From a virus: 64,000 bases of DNA. This document shows positions 18,826 to 27,615 of this stretch, piece after piece (position 1 is the first letter of the stretch; each line of letters starts with the position of its first letter). The stretch lies in the IMG/VR virus record IMGVR_UViG_3300031994_000034, one strand, 5' to 3'. Position numbers and translations under genes: made by a program. The notes under the pieces were generated by a model. It made no database searches and was not told the origin of the DNA. It worked only from the letters and a program-made list of their open reading frames with translations.

Positions 18826-19713
18826 ATGACACCAGACATTATCATCAACGGCAAGGCCCTCTACACCACGAAGGGTGCGGCACGGGAGTACGGACGCATA
18901 GGCTGCAACTTCTACACGGGTTGCCCGCATGAATGCACCTATTGTTACCTGAAGCGTGGTGCGCCGTCGAAGCAGCTGGGCGGGAATGAGGTTCGCCTGA
19001 AGGCGTGCTTCGAGAACGAGTTCCATGCCGTCAAGATACTGCAACAGGAAATGGACAGGTGGATAGAACCCTGTCGCAAGTACGGCATTTTCCTCTCATT
19101 TACTACAGACCCAATGATAGATGAAACGCAAGGGCTGACTTGTGCTGCCATCTTTGCTGCAATCCTGCGGGACATCCCCGTGTGGGTGCTGACAAAGAGT
19201 TCTACCTTTACCTACAACACACTTGTCATGGCATACCTCGAAGGCATAGACCCCGACAAGCGGCCAAGCATCCACTTCGGCTTCACGCTCACAGGACACG
19301 ACGAGATGGAGCCCCGTGCGAGCACCAACGACAACCGCATCATGGCAATGCGGCGGATGGACCTTATGGGCTTTTCCACCTTCGCCAGTATCGAGCCTGT
19401 CATTACGTGGGAGGCTGCCGAGAGGATGGTACGCGGATCTGTCCTGTGGTGCGACCACTACAAACTCGGTCTGCGCAGCGGCGTGAAGAAGGACTACTAC
19501 GACATCACTGAGAGTGGTGCCGCCATCCAGCGCATCGTGCGGACGGTGGAAAGCTTCGGCAAGACCATCTATCTGAAGGAGAGCACCCGCCGACTGCTCA
19601 GGCAATACTTCCAGCCAGGTGCCTACGAAGCCTTCCTCTCGCACACCGTGGATATGGAAGGGAAGCGGATTGAATTGTGTAAACACGAATTACTCACGAA
19701 TTATCATAAATAA
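18826..19713 (+). CDS. Radical SAM protein (SplB / DNA-photolyase-like family candidate)
   Basis: FYTGCPHECTYCY (CxxxCxxC) near the N-terminus. Confidence 0.6.
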   Translation: MTPDIIINGKALYTTKGAAREYGRIGCNFYTGCPHECTYCYLKRGAPSKQLGGNEVRLKACFENEFHAVKILQQEMDRWIEPCRKYGIFLSFTTDPMIDETQGLTCAAIFAAILRDIPVWVLTKSSTFTYNTLVMAYLEGIDPDKRPSIHFGFTLTGHDEMEPRASTNDNRIMAMRRMDLMGFSTFASIEPVITWEAAERMVRGSVLWCDHYKLGLRSGVKKDYYDITESGAAIQRIVRTVESFGKTIYLKESTRRLLRQYFQPGAYEAFLSHTVDMEGKRIELCKHELLTNYHK

Positions 19714-19716
19714 ATT

Positions 19717-19989
19717 ATGAAACTGAAGACAGCAAGCAAGATACAAAAAGCCTTATGGCTGACTATCTGGTTTCTGATGCTCCCATTCTCTATCGTTGGC
19801 ATCCTCATAGACAGTCTGACAAAACCATTCAAATGGGTGCTTGAAGAATTGGATTTCCTTCGTTTCCGTATCGGAAACAGACTTCTTCGCATGAGTGACG
19901 AGGTGAAAGACGGAACAATCAAGAACGAGTATTTCATCCGCAACTCTACAGCAATAGAAGCATACATCAGTCTGAAAAAGAAACAATAA
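19717..19989 (+). CDS. Small membrane protein (90 aa)
   Basis: One hydrophobic span, ALWLTIWFLMLPFSIVGILI. Confidence 0.55.
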   Translation: MKLKTASKIQKALWLTIWFLMLPFSIVGILIDSLTKPFKWVLEELDFLRFRIGNRLLRMSDEVKDGTIKNEYFIRNSTAIEAYISLKKKQ

Positions 19990-20013
19990 TCAAAACAGAA
20001 ATAACTTTGACCT

Positions 20014-20457
20014 ATGGCAGAAATCATTAACATCCCCGACCTCGGCGAGGCAAGGCTTCCGCTGGAGGAGTACGACAAGATGCGTGACCGCATCCGGGAA
20101 CTGGAGGAAGAAAACAAGCAACTGACAGATACGCTCGACCATGTTTGCGACGAGAACAAGGTGCGGGTGCGTCGGCAAATCATCAGGCAGACGGAACTGA
20201 CCTTCAACCCTCGTGCCTGCGGTATGCAGGAAATCATCGAGGACAAGATGGTGAACATGCAAGACATCACCGACGAACTGGACGAGAAACTCCGTGCCAC
20301 CGAAATGGAATGGAAGGGGAAGTGCGAGGCATTGGAAAGAGAGAACAAGAGTATCAGTAAGGCACTCGAACAATGCCAACGCATGAAGATTAAACTGGAG
20401 CAAGAGGTGGATCGTCTGAAGTATCGCGGATGGTGGAGCAGGTTGTGGAACAAGTAA
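20014..20457 (+). CDS. Coiled-coil hypothetical protein (147 aa)
   Basis: Complete ORF, charged heptad-like sequence. Confidence 0.6.
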   Translation: MAEIINIPDLGEARLPLEEYDKMRDRIRELEEENKQLTDTLDHVCDENKVRVRRQIIRQTELTFNPRACGMQEIIEDKMVNMQDITDELDEKLRATEMEWKGKCEALERENKSISKALEQCQRMKIKLEQEVDRLKYRGWWSRLWNK

Positions 20458-20471
20458 AACCTACAAGCATT

Positions 20472-21107
20472 ATGAAGAAGATTTCATTCAAAGACCGCTA
20501 CGGACTGACGGAGGCGGTGCTGGAGAAGAGGAAGACGATGATACGGAGGGCGGAGCGTATAGACTTCTATCCAGGCAGTCGGGAAGAGCAAATAGAGAAG
20601 TTCTGCAAGCACGGTGCGGACGCAAAGGGGAGACAAGTGTGGTTGGGTTTTGATAACAAGGGAAATTGGATTGCCCAATTTATCTCTCACTATGCGATTG
20701 GCGAAGAGGTGGCGGTGGCGCAGTCGTATAAGTCTATCGTTGAGCAAGACCCTGACAATGATTATGGCAACTACTACGTCAAGCAGTTCCGTTACGCTCC
20801 CGGCTGGACGAACAAGATGTTTGTTCGTGCGGACCTCATGCCCCATCGCATCCGCATCACCGACATTCGTGTGGAACGGCTGCAGGACATCAGCGACGAG
20901 GACTGCCTGAAAGAGGGCGTGTATTTCTATAACTGTGGCATTGATTCAGGCTTCAAGGTGCATGGCATTCGCGGGACATTCTACAGCGCGAAAAGAGCAT
21001 TCTCCTCCCTCATCGACAAGGTAAACGGAGAGGGCACATGGGAGCGCAACCCGTGGGTGCCCGCCTACACCTTCGAGCTTGTGCGTAACAAATCTTTTCC
21101 AATTTAG
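20472..21107 (+). CDS. Hypothetical protein; possible ASCH/PUA-like domain
   Basis: ATG 20472. ISFKDRYGLTEAVLEKRKTMIRR resembles the start of an ASCH domain (weak). Confidence 0.4.
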   Translation: MKKISFKDRYGLTEAVLEKRKTMIRRAERIDFYPGSREEQIEKFCKHGADAKGRQVWLGFDNKGNWIAQFISHYAIGEEVAVAQSYKSIVEQDPDNDYGNYYVKQFRYAPGWTNKMFVRADLMPHRIRITDIRVERLQDISDEDCLKEGVYFYNCGIDSGFKVHGIRGTFYSAKRAFSSLIDKVNGEGTWERNPWVPAYTFELVRNKSFPI

Positions 21108-21178
21108 CAAGAATTAGCAAGAAATATCAAAGTTTCGGGCTTTGCCCGCTTTTGCAAAACGAAGTGACTAAAAGAACC

Positions 21179-21673
21179 ATGGCAAATTATCCAAAAGTAA
21201 CGAAAGAGCTTTGCATGAGGTGTATATATGGCTACCCATGCGAAATGTGGGACGAGAGAGAAGTACCCGCAAAAGGAGAAGAATGCTCAAACTTCTGCGC
21301 CAAGTGTGAAACAGAACAAGAGCGTGACCAGCGTATAATGAATGGAGGCGCAACAACGGCTGACGCTCTATCGTGGTTCAAGTCGCAGGCGAAAGTAGTA
21401 GCGACGCCAATATCTGTTGCTACGATGCTATGCCGTAAGATTATCGAGATATTAGAGCAGGCCGACAAGCGCATCTGGCATACACTTAGCGAGAAGGCTG
21501 ACCTCTCTAAATCCATTATTATGTACGATCCAGCAGGTGACTTTATGAGTCCGCCTGTACGCTGCCCTTTCTCGTTTGATGATTTCTTTGTCAGCGCAAT
21601 GAACAAGAAATATGGTGCTAATTATCAGATGTGGGCATATATGGATGACATCAAACCAAAATTGGAGGACTGA
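21179..21673 (+). CDS. Hypothetical protein (164 aa)
   Basis: accATGGCAAAT start. The track start 21152 is a TTG. Confidence 0.55.
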   Translation: MANYPKVTKELCMRCIYGYPCEMWDEREVPAKGEECSNFCAKCETEQERDQRIMNGGATTADALSWFKSQAKVVATPISVATMLCRKIIEILEQADKRIWHTLSEKADLSKSIIMYDPAGDFMSPPVRCPFSFDDFFVSAMNKKYGANYQMWAYMDDIKPKLED

Positions 21674-21676
21674 CGT

Positions 21677-22075
21677 ATGACAGACCAAGAGCGCAACGCG
21701 CACATCAAGGAATCATCGGGCAACTATATGAGAGGTCGTGCAATGGCACTCTCATTCAAGCCTCTCACGTTACAAGACGTAAGGGATGCCTACGAGTGTG
21801 GAGCCGAAGAAATGGAAAGGCTCATAGACAATTCAATGTGGTGGAAGTCGGCTGACGGCAACGAGCTTCCCGACATCGACCGCGAGGTGATTGCACTGAC
21901 CACCGAAGGCAAGGTGGTGTTTGCCCATCGCCCTGCGGAATCATGGAAAGGCAAGAACCTCGACACGGGCGAGGTCACGACCCACTACCCCAAACGCTAC
22001 GACGCTGGCGGCTGGAACCAACCCGACGTGAAATGGTGGCTCGATATTCAGTTGCCGAAAATTGACAGATGGTAA
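21677..22075 (+). CDS. Hypothetical protein (132 aa)
   Basis: Complete ORF, 3-nt gap. Confidence 0.6.
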   Translation: MTDQERNAHIKESSGNYMRGRAMALSFKPLTLQDVRDAYECGAEEMERLIDNSMWWKSADGNELPDIDREVIALTTEGKVVFAHRPAESWKGKNLDTGEVTTHYPKRYDAGGWNQPDVKWWLDIQLPKIDRW

Positions 22076-22093
22076 TTAAAACGGATTGAACCT

Positions 22094-22885
22094 ATGCTCA
22101 TAAAACTGACAAGCAAATGCACGATGATGTGCCCTCACTGCATGGAGGACGCACAGCCCGAAGGCCTGATGATGACGCTCGACACGTTTAAGCAGGCCGT
22201 GAAGTTCGGCATATACATTGGCAACAGGCACTTAGTCTTGTCGGGCGGCGAACCGACGGAGAACGCACACATCACGGAAATGTGCGAATGGCTCGACATA
22301 GCTACGGGCTGCTACTTCACCATCGTGTCAAACGGCATGTGGCTGAAGGACGAGACGAAGCGGCAGCGTGTGGACTGGATTACCCGGCTGCACCACTACC
22401 TCGGTATGCAGGTCTATACGAACCGCCAGTGGTACCGTGACTACGACTATGTGGTAAGCCACCGCCACGAATACGAGCAGTATCGCAAGGTCATCGTGGA
22501 CATCGCCGACACCATCTTCATGCTGGATATCGGACGGGCGCGAACCAACCCCGAAGCACAGCGCGAGGTGGAGCGCAACCCGCACTTCATGTCGTGCCTG
22601 AACACCACGCTGTCTGCCATCCAGATAGCCGAGCCGCAGATGTTCGGCATCACGATGATGCTACACAACCAGTTCTGCAAGCCGTCGGTCGATTGCGAGG
22701 GCAACGTCCACATGTCCGAGAGCCGCCTCTGCCCGTCGGTGGGCAACGTGAACACCGACAACTTCGCCGACATCTGGCAGCGTATGCGGGCCTTCCGTCC
22801 GTGCGGCCACTGCAGGCAATACAAGAAATTCATGGAAAGCAAACGCCCCGACATCGCCGCCGCCAGGAGGGTGATGGGAGTGTAG
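22094..22885 (+). CDS. Radical SAM protein
   Basis: LTSKCTMMCPHCM (CxxxCxxC), SGGEPT, and a C-terminal Cys cluster CPSVGNV...CGHC. Confidence 0.7.
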   Translation: MLIKLTSKCTMMCPHCMEDAQPEGLMMTLDTFKQAVKFGIYIGNRHLVLSGGEPTENAHITEMCEWLDIATGCYFTIVSNGMWLKDETKRQRVDWITRLHHYLGMQVYTNRQWYRDYDYVVSHRHEYEQYRKVIVDIADTIFMLDIGRARTNPEAQREVERNPHFMSCLNTTLSAIQIAEPQMFGITMMLHNQFCKPSVDCEGNVHMSESRLCPSVGNVNTDNFADIWQRMRAFRPCGHCRQYKKFMESKRPDIAAARRVMGV

Positions 22886-22905
22886 ATAATGAACGAATAG
22901 AACCT

Positions 22906-23235
22906 ATGAAAAAATCAAATTCAGTCAAGTGGGGCATGGACATCGCCCAGGCTTACAACGAAATGATGAAGGCTGACGAACCGACCTTCTGCTGCTTCAA
23001 TAGCGTGTATCTCTACGGCGGTTGCAAGACACCGCCGCATGAGTACGCCGACAAGCAGAGGATGCGCACCATCCTCGCAGGAATGGCATTGCCCAAGTGC
23101 ATTGAGACCGTCAACCAGGTGCTACTCGCCGGCGGCAAGGTGGAAACCAAGACCACCGCAGAGGCAGCCGCACAAATGGCGGTGACATTCACCGACGCGC
23201 TGCTGAGGGAACTGAACAAGGAAACCACGGATTAA
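22906..23235 (+). CDS. Hypothetical protein (109 aa)
   Basis: ATG 22906 (MKKSNSVKWG). The upstream part of track ORF 22594..23235 overlaps the previous gene. Confidence 0.55.
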   Translation: MKKSNSVKWGMDIAQAYNEMMKADEPTFCCFNSVYLYGGCKTPPHEYADKQRMRTILAGMALPKCIETVNQVLLAGGKVETKTTAEAAAQMAVTFTDALLRELNKETTD

Positions 23236-23242
23236 ACGGATT

Positions 23243-23437
23243 ATGCCAATAGCAGAAGAAGCCAAAGAATGCTGGTATCACAGTTGCGCCGCACATTATT
23301 GTTTGGTCGAATCGTGGACTCAGCCATGCACATACCCCGATTGCAGAGTCAAAGACTTCGCAACGGGAGAACCTTATTACAAACATCATAAAAAACAGAA
23401 GCATGATGAATACAAAGTTGATGGACAAGTGCTTTAG
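23243..23437 (+). CDS. Small Cys-rich hypothetical protein (64 aa)
   Basis: Complete ORF after the cacggattaaacggatt word repeat. Confidence 0.45.
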   Translation: MPIAEEAKECWYHSCAAHYCLVESWTQPCTYPDCRVKDFATGEPYYKHHKKQKHDEYKVDGQVL

Positions 23438-23786
23438 GGCACGGATGGATGAACTGCAAAACAGGTTCCCGCTGAAGGAGTTTCTGGATGTGTTCGTCCA
23501 GGAGTTTGCGAGGATGGGTATAGTCTATATCCATCCGAAGGCAGTTGGCGTTGGCAACATCTATGCCGACCGTGACTACGGTCTGATATTTGCCCAGCAA
23601 GAGCACATCAAGACTGCACTGCGCTTGCTGCGTAGATGGGGTTTTGACGTGGAGGAACGGCACGATCGCAAGGATTACGAGAAGTGGGCATACGCCGTGA
23701 TGTTGCCAGAGGAATACCTGCGCAACAAGCAAAGCAGTGATAGACTCGGAGAACGACGCACGGCACTCCGTTCTTTGGAATGTTGA
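23403..23786 (+). CDS. Hypothetical protein (127 aa)
   Basis: Complete ORF; start uncertain. Confidence 0.5.
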   Translation: MMNTKLMDKCFRARMDELQNRFPLKEFLDVFVQEFARMGIVYIHPKAVGVGNIYADRDYGLIFAQQEHIKTALRLLRRWGFDVEERHDRKDYEKWAYAVMLPEEYLRNKQSSDRLGERRTALRSLEC

Positions 23787-23867
23787 CAGCAGTTTTGGGA
23801 TAGAGTAAAAACTGGAGAACGTTAATTTGCCTTCGGTTATATAACCACGGATTAAACGGATTAAATT

Positions 23868-24098
23868 ATGGCACAAGAAAACAGCCCTACACCCGGCGAG
23901 TGCGTCACCATCACAAAAGCACGATACCAGGAACTATTGGACTATGAGCGCATCGCTCTCTGGGCGCTTAACTCTATTGTCGTGACATCCCTGCCCGACA
24001 TGGAAATGAAAGCAGAGAAAATGAAAGAATTGTCTGACGATGCCAAATGCAAGGCGATACAAGCCGCCTTCCAGGAGGCACTAAAAGGAATGGAATAA
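23868..24098 (+). CDS. Hypothetical protein (76 aa)
   Basis: Complete ORF after the cacggattaaacggatt word repeat. Confidence 0.5.
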   Translation: MAQENSPTPGECVTITKARYQELLDYERIALWALNSIVVTSLPDMEMKAEKMKELSDDAKCKAIQAAFQEALKGME

Positions 24099-24102
24099 AA
24101 CT

Positions 24103-24534
24103 ATGACACCCATCAGATTCAGAGGCAAGGATGCCAAGACTGGCGAATGGCTCTACGGCTACTATGTGGAGCAACACTTGCCTGAGTATGATACTGACCA
24201 GCCTGACCACATAACGGGCTATACGAATCTGCCTATGTTGTTCAATGACGAACCTGGGCAGCGCGACGGCTGCTATTGGCACGAGGTGGTATATAACACC
24301 GTCGGCCAGTTCTCCACCCTGCGCGACAAGAACGGAAAGGAAATTTATGCCGGCGACATCCTTAGAGCGGGCGATGAAAAGACCTTGCTCGAAGTGCGCT
24401 TTGTGCGTGGCGTGTTTGCCTTCCTATGGAATGGCGACCTCGACGACGAGTTCCCCTGCAACGCTCCTACGCAGGAGTGGGCAGAGATTGTCGGCAACAT
24501 CCATGACAATCCAAAAATAATTAAACGTAAATAA
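24103..24534 (+). CDS. YopX-family protein
   Basis: VGQFSTLRDKNGKEIYAGDIL ... EIVGNIHDNP. Confidence 0.75.
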   Translation: MTPIRFRGKDAKTGEWLYGYYVEQHLPEYDTDQPDHITGYTNLPMLFNDEPGQRDGCYWHEVVYNTVGQFSTLRDKNGKEIYAGDILRAGDEKTLLEVRFVRGVFAFLWNGDLDDEFPCNAPTQEWAEIVGNIHDNPKIIKRK

Positions 24535-24552
24535 ACTTTTGAATAGAAGCCT

Positions 24553-25359
24553 ATGACCGACTACATTCCCTACAACCAATGGGTGCATCAGCACGACGAG
24601 AAAATCAAGGCCGAGTATGCCGAGCGGCGCACGGCGGACCTGGCGGGCGAGGTGGAACGCAACTACTACACCGTGAGCCGCAAAGCCAAGCAACTTGGCG
24701 TACGGAAGTCAGAGGCGTTCATGCGCTCGTCGTGGTCAAGGGGCGGCAAAAAACCGCTCGGGATAAAGGGTGAGGGACGGAAGCGATTCCGCGCTGCTAC
24801 CGATGCCTACATGAAGGAACACTTTGTCAACACTGCCAACGAGACGCTGGCGCAACTATTCGGCGTGAATGTGAAGACGGTACGCCGCTGGGCCCGACGG
24901 CTGGGCTTGCAGAAGACGGAGGCGTTCATGCAGCGCAGCAGGGCAAAGAGAGGCCTCTGCCGTTTCTACACACCCGAACAGGAGGAGTGGCGTCGGCAGC
25001 GCATTGCCGAAGTCTATCCCGACGGCACGGAGGAGGAACTACAAGCATTGGCGGCTGAGATGGGGGTTGGCTTATATTACATCGGGCGGATAGCATGGAA
25101 TCACGGTATTCACCGTTCAAAGGCGCGAATAAAAGAAAGCATGAGAAAATTGCAGGAGTCAAGAAAGATATTCACGCCGGAACTGGTGGCCGAGATAGCC
25201 GCCTACTACCCCGACCACTCCAACGCCGAATGTGCCGCCCACTTCGGTGTCAAACTCAACTCGCTCAAACTTGTGGCCTCCAAAAACAAATGGAGGAAGA
25301 GCAAGGAATACCTGCACTGCGCACGGCAACAGGCTCGCAAAGGGAATGAAGATAAATAA
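24553..25359 (+). CDS. DNA-binding protein candidate with four tandem HTH-like repeats
   Basis: Repeats of the type LAQLFGVNVKTVRRWARRLGLQKTEAFM, four copies. Confidence 0.45.
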   Translation: MTDYIPYNQWVHQHDEKIKAEYAERRTADLAGEVERNYYTVSRKAKQLGVRKSEAFMRSSWSRGGKKPLGIKGEGRKRFRAATDAYMKEHFVNTANETLAQLFGVNVKTVRRWARRLGLQKTEAFMQRSRAKRGLCRFYTPEQEEWRRQRIAEVYPDGTEEELQALAAEMGVGLYYIGRIAWNHGIHRSKARIKESMRKLQESRKIFTPELVAEIAAYYPDHSNAECAAHFGVKLNSLKLVASKNKWRKSKEYLHCARQQARKGNEDK

Positions 25360-25419
25360 TCTGTGGAATCTGTGTAATCGGCTTTGCTGCTTGGCTCGTC
25401 CAAGAAATCTGTGTGAGAA

Positions 25420-26415
25420 ATGACTATCGGACTTGTTGACATTGACGGACACGCCAAGAAGAAGAAATGGGGCGCGACGGTTTATCCGAACCTTGCGCTG
25501 TGCAAGATTGCGCGGTGGCACAAGCAGCAGGGCGACGAGGTGGAGTGGGCTGTGCCGTTCCTGCACTACGACGTGGTGTATATGGCGAAGGTGTTCAACT
25601 TCTCGCCCGACGACCTGACCTACTACGATGCCGACCGCATCGTGCGGGGTGGCACGGGCTACGACATCCACAGCCAACTGCCCGACGAAATAGACCGGCT
25701 GCAGCCTGACTACTCCATCTATCCGCTCATCCCGAAGGACACCGCCTACGGGTTCCTCACCCGTGGCTGCCCGAACCGTTGCCCGTGGTGCGTCGTGCCT
25801 CGCAAGGAGGGCAAGATTCGTCCCTATATGGACTGCGACGAGATTGCCATCGAGGGACGCACGAAGCTGGTGCTGATGGATAACAACATCCTTGCGGCGG
25901 GAGACTATGCCATTGAGCAGCTGGAGAAAATCATCCATCGTGGCTACCGTGTGGACTTCAACCAGGCCCTCGATGCCCGACTGGTCGATGACCGCTTTGC
26001 CCGTCTGCTGGCACAGGTCAAGTGGATAGACCGGCGCATCCGTTTCGGTTGTGACACGCACGGACAGATTGCCGAGTGCGAACGTGCCATCAGCCTAATC
26101 AACAGCTACGGCTACCGTGGCGAATACTTCCTCTACACGATGATTGGCGGCAAGTCCGACTTCCGCGAATCGTTCGAGCGTGTCAACTACTGGTGGCAGC
26201 GCAATCAGGAACTACGACGAAACCACAAACCAAACATCTACGCATACGCACAGCCTTATCGTGACCCCGACAATCCGCATAGTCCCATCCCTCAATGGCA
26301 AAAAGACATGGCAGGTTGGGTCAACAAAAGGGCCCACTTCGTTGCCCACAGCTTCGAGGACTTCGAGCCCCGCAAAGGTTTCCGCTGTGAGTGGTACGTG
26401 AAGAATCTGATGTGA
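25420..26415 (+). CDS. Radical SAM protein
   Basis: FLTRGCPNRCPWCVVP (CxxxCxxC) about 115 aa from the N-terminus. Confidence 0.6.
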   Translation: MTIGLVDIDGHAKKKKWGATVYPNLALCKIARWHKQQGDEVEWAVPFLHYDVVYMAKVFNFSPDDLTYYDADRIVRGGTGYDIHSQLPDEIDRLQPDYSIYPLIPKDTAYGFLTRGCPNRCPWCVVPRKEGKIRPYMDCDEIAIEGRTKLVLMDNNILAAGDYAIEQLEKIIHRGYRVDFNQALDARLVDDRFARLLAQVKWIDRRIRFGCDTHGQIAECERAISLINSYGYRGEYFLYTMIGGKSDFRESFERVNYWWQRNQELRRNHKPNIYAYAQPYRDPDNPHSPIPQWQKDMAGWVNKRAHFVAHSFEDFEPRKGFRCEWYVKNLM

Positions 26416-26492
26416 AGAAATCCACATTTTCTTAACACGTCCGACGGGATATGTTAAGAAAGTGCGGATTCTTTAACACGTGCGGAAGGTAA

Positions 26493-26945
26493 CTACTCCC
26501 CTCCCTCTGGGGGAGGGGCTGGAGGGGAGGCTACTGGTGCCCGGTAGAACACCTTGCGGGTGTTGTCATACATGAGGTCTTTCCGCGTGCGGATGGGAGG
26601 ATCCTTGGGGTTATGCGTGAAGCTGCGGCGGGTGGGGTCGAAGGTATGGGTGAGGATTTCCTGGCGCATGTTCTTCGTGGGTGCGAACTTCAGGCGTTGT
26701 GTGGACGCGATGGTGCGGTCCTCGTTCCGTCCGCCGTAGGTGTAGTGGTAAGTGCGCTCGGGTATATCCACCACGGCAAAGGTGCCGAAACTCTCGATGG
26801 GCACACACCTGGCACCCTCGCTGAGCTGGTAGCGCAACTCGTCGAACACGGCGGGCAGCACCTGCTCCACCGTGGCCCTGGCGATGCCGCTCCGTTTCAC
26901 CACCTGACTGATGAAATGCTGTTTGTAGTCTTTGGGTCTAACCAT
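26493..26945 (-). CDS. HU/IHF-like DNA-binding protein
   Basis: ISQVVKRSGIARATVEQVLPAVFDELRYQL...IESFGTFAV. Confidence 0.6.
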   Translation of the reverse strand: MVRPKDYKQHFISQVVKRSGIARATVEQVLPAVFDELRYQLSEGARCVPIESFGTFAVVDIPERTYHYTYGGRNEDRTIASTQRLKFAPTKNMRQEILTHTFDPTRRSFTHNPKDPPIRTRKDLMYDNTRKVFYRAPVASPPAPPPEGGE

Positions 26946-27119
26946 AGTTCTTATCCTTAATTTGATTTTTCCGAAAATTTAAGCCCCGATTTTGTAGGTT
27001 TTCTGCTTAAATGGAACTTTAGCGGAGAAATAAGACTGCTTGAGCAGGCTTAACTGCGCAGGGCGCAGACAGCACCGTGACTATCCGCGCCCCGATATGG
27101 GCTGTGTTTGCACAGCCAA

Positions 27120-27566
27120 TTAGAGTTCAACCACCATCCAGTCGTTAGCCAACATATCTTGCTGTGACGCGTTCCATCCGCTTTGAATGGTGTTCTGCGC
27201 GGTCTTCAGACAGATGCAGCCGCCGGCATAAATCTCTCCTCCATTGTTGTCGGCAATCGCTTTCAGCGCAGGGTCGTGACACCATTCGCTCTTAACCATC
27301 GCTTCAGGTTTTAGCCAAAGCCACATGCCCTTACCGTTCCAGCCCTCTCGTGCCACCTTGAAGCCACGCTTCAGCATGGCAATGGCCTGTCCGAAGGTGC
27401 CTGTCTCTCCCGCTGGCAGAAGATCTGCTTCCGTCGCTCCAAAGACATAGCATGTTTCCATGTCGCCGCGTGTGAACGTCGTGCCGTCCCATTCTGGATT
27501 GTTTACTCTTTTTGCTTCCTCTACTGCGCTGATGTACTTCTCAGCCATTTCGTCTTGATTTACCAT
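27120..27566 (-). CDS. DUF2829-like phage protein
   Basis: AMLKRGFKVAREGWNGKGMWL ... GWNASQQDMLANDWMVVE (family recalled by name from memory). Confidence 0.55.
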   Translation of the reverse strand: MVNQDEMAEKYISAVEEAKRVNNPEWDGTTFTRGDMETCYVFGATEADLLPAGETGTFGQAIAMLKRGFKVAREGWNGKGMWLWLKPEAMVKSEWCHDPALKAIADNNGGEIYAGGCICLKTAQNTIQSGWNASQQDMLANDWMVVEL

Positions 27567-27615
27567 AATTGTAATTGTTTAATTGGTGTATTTTTATATT
27601 CATGTAATTCGTGGT

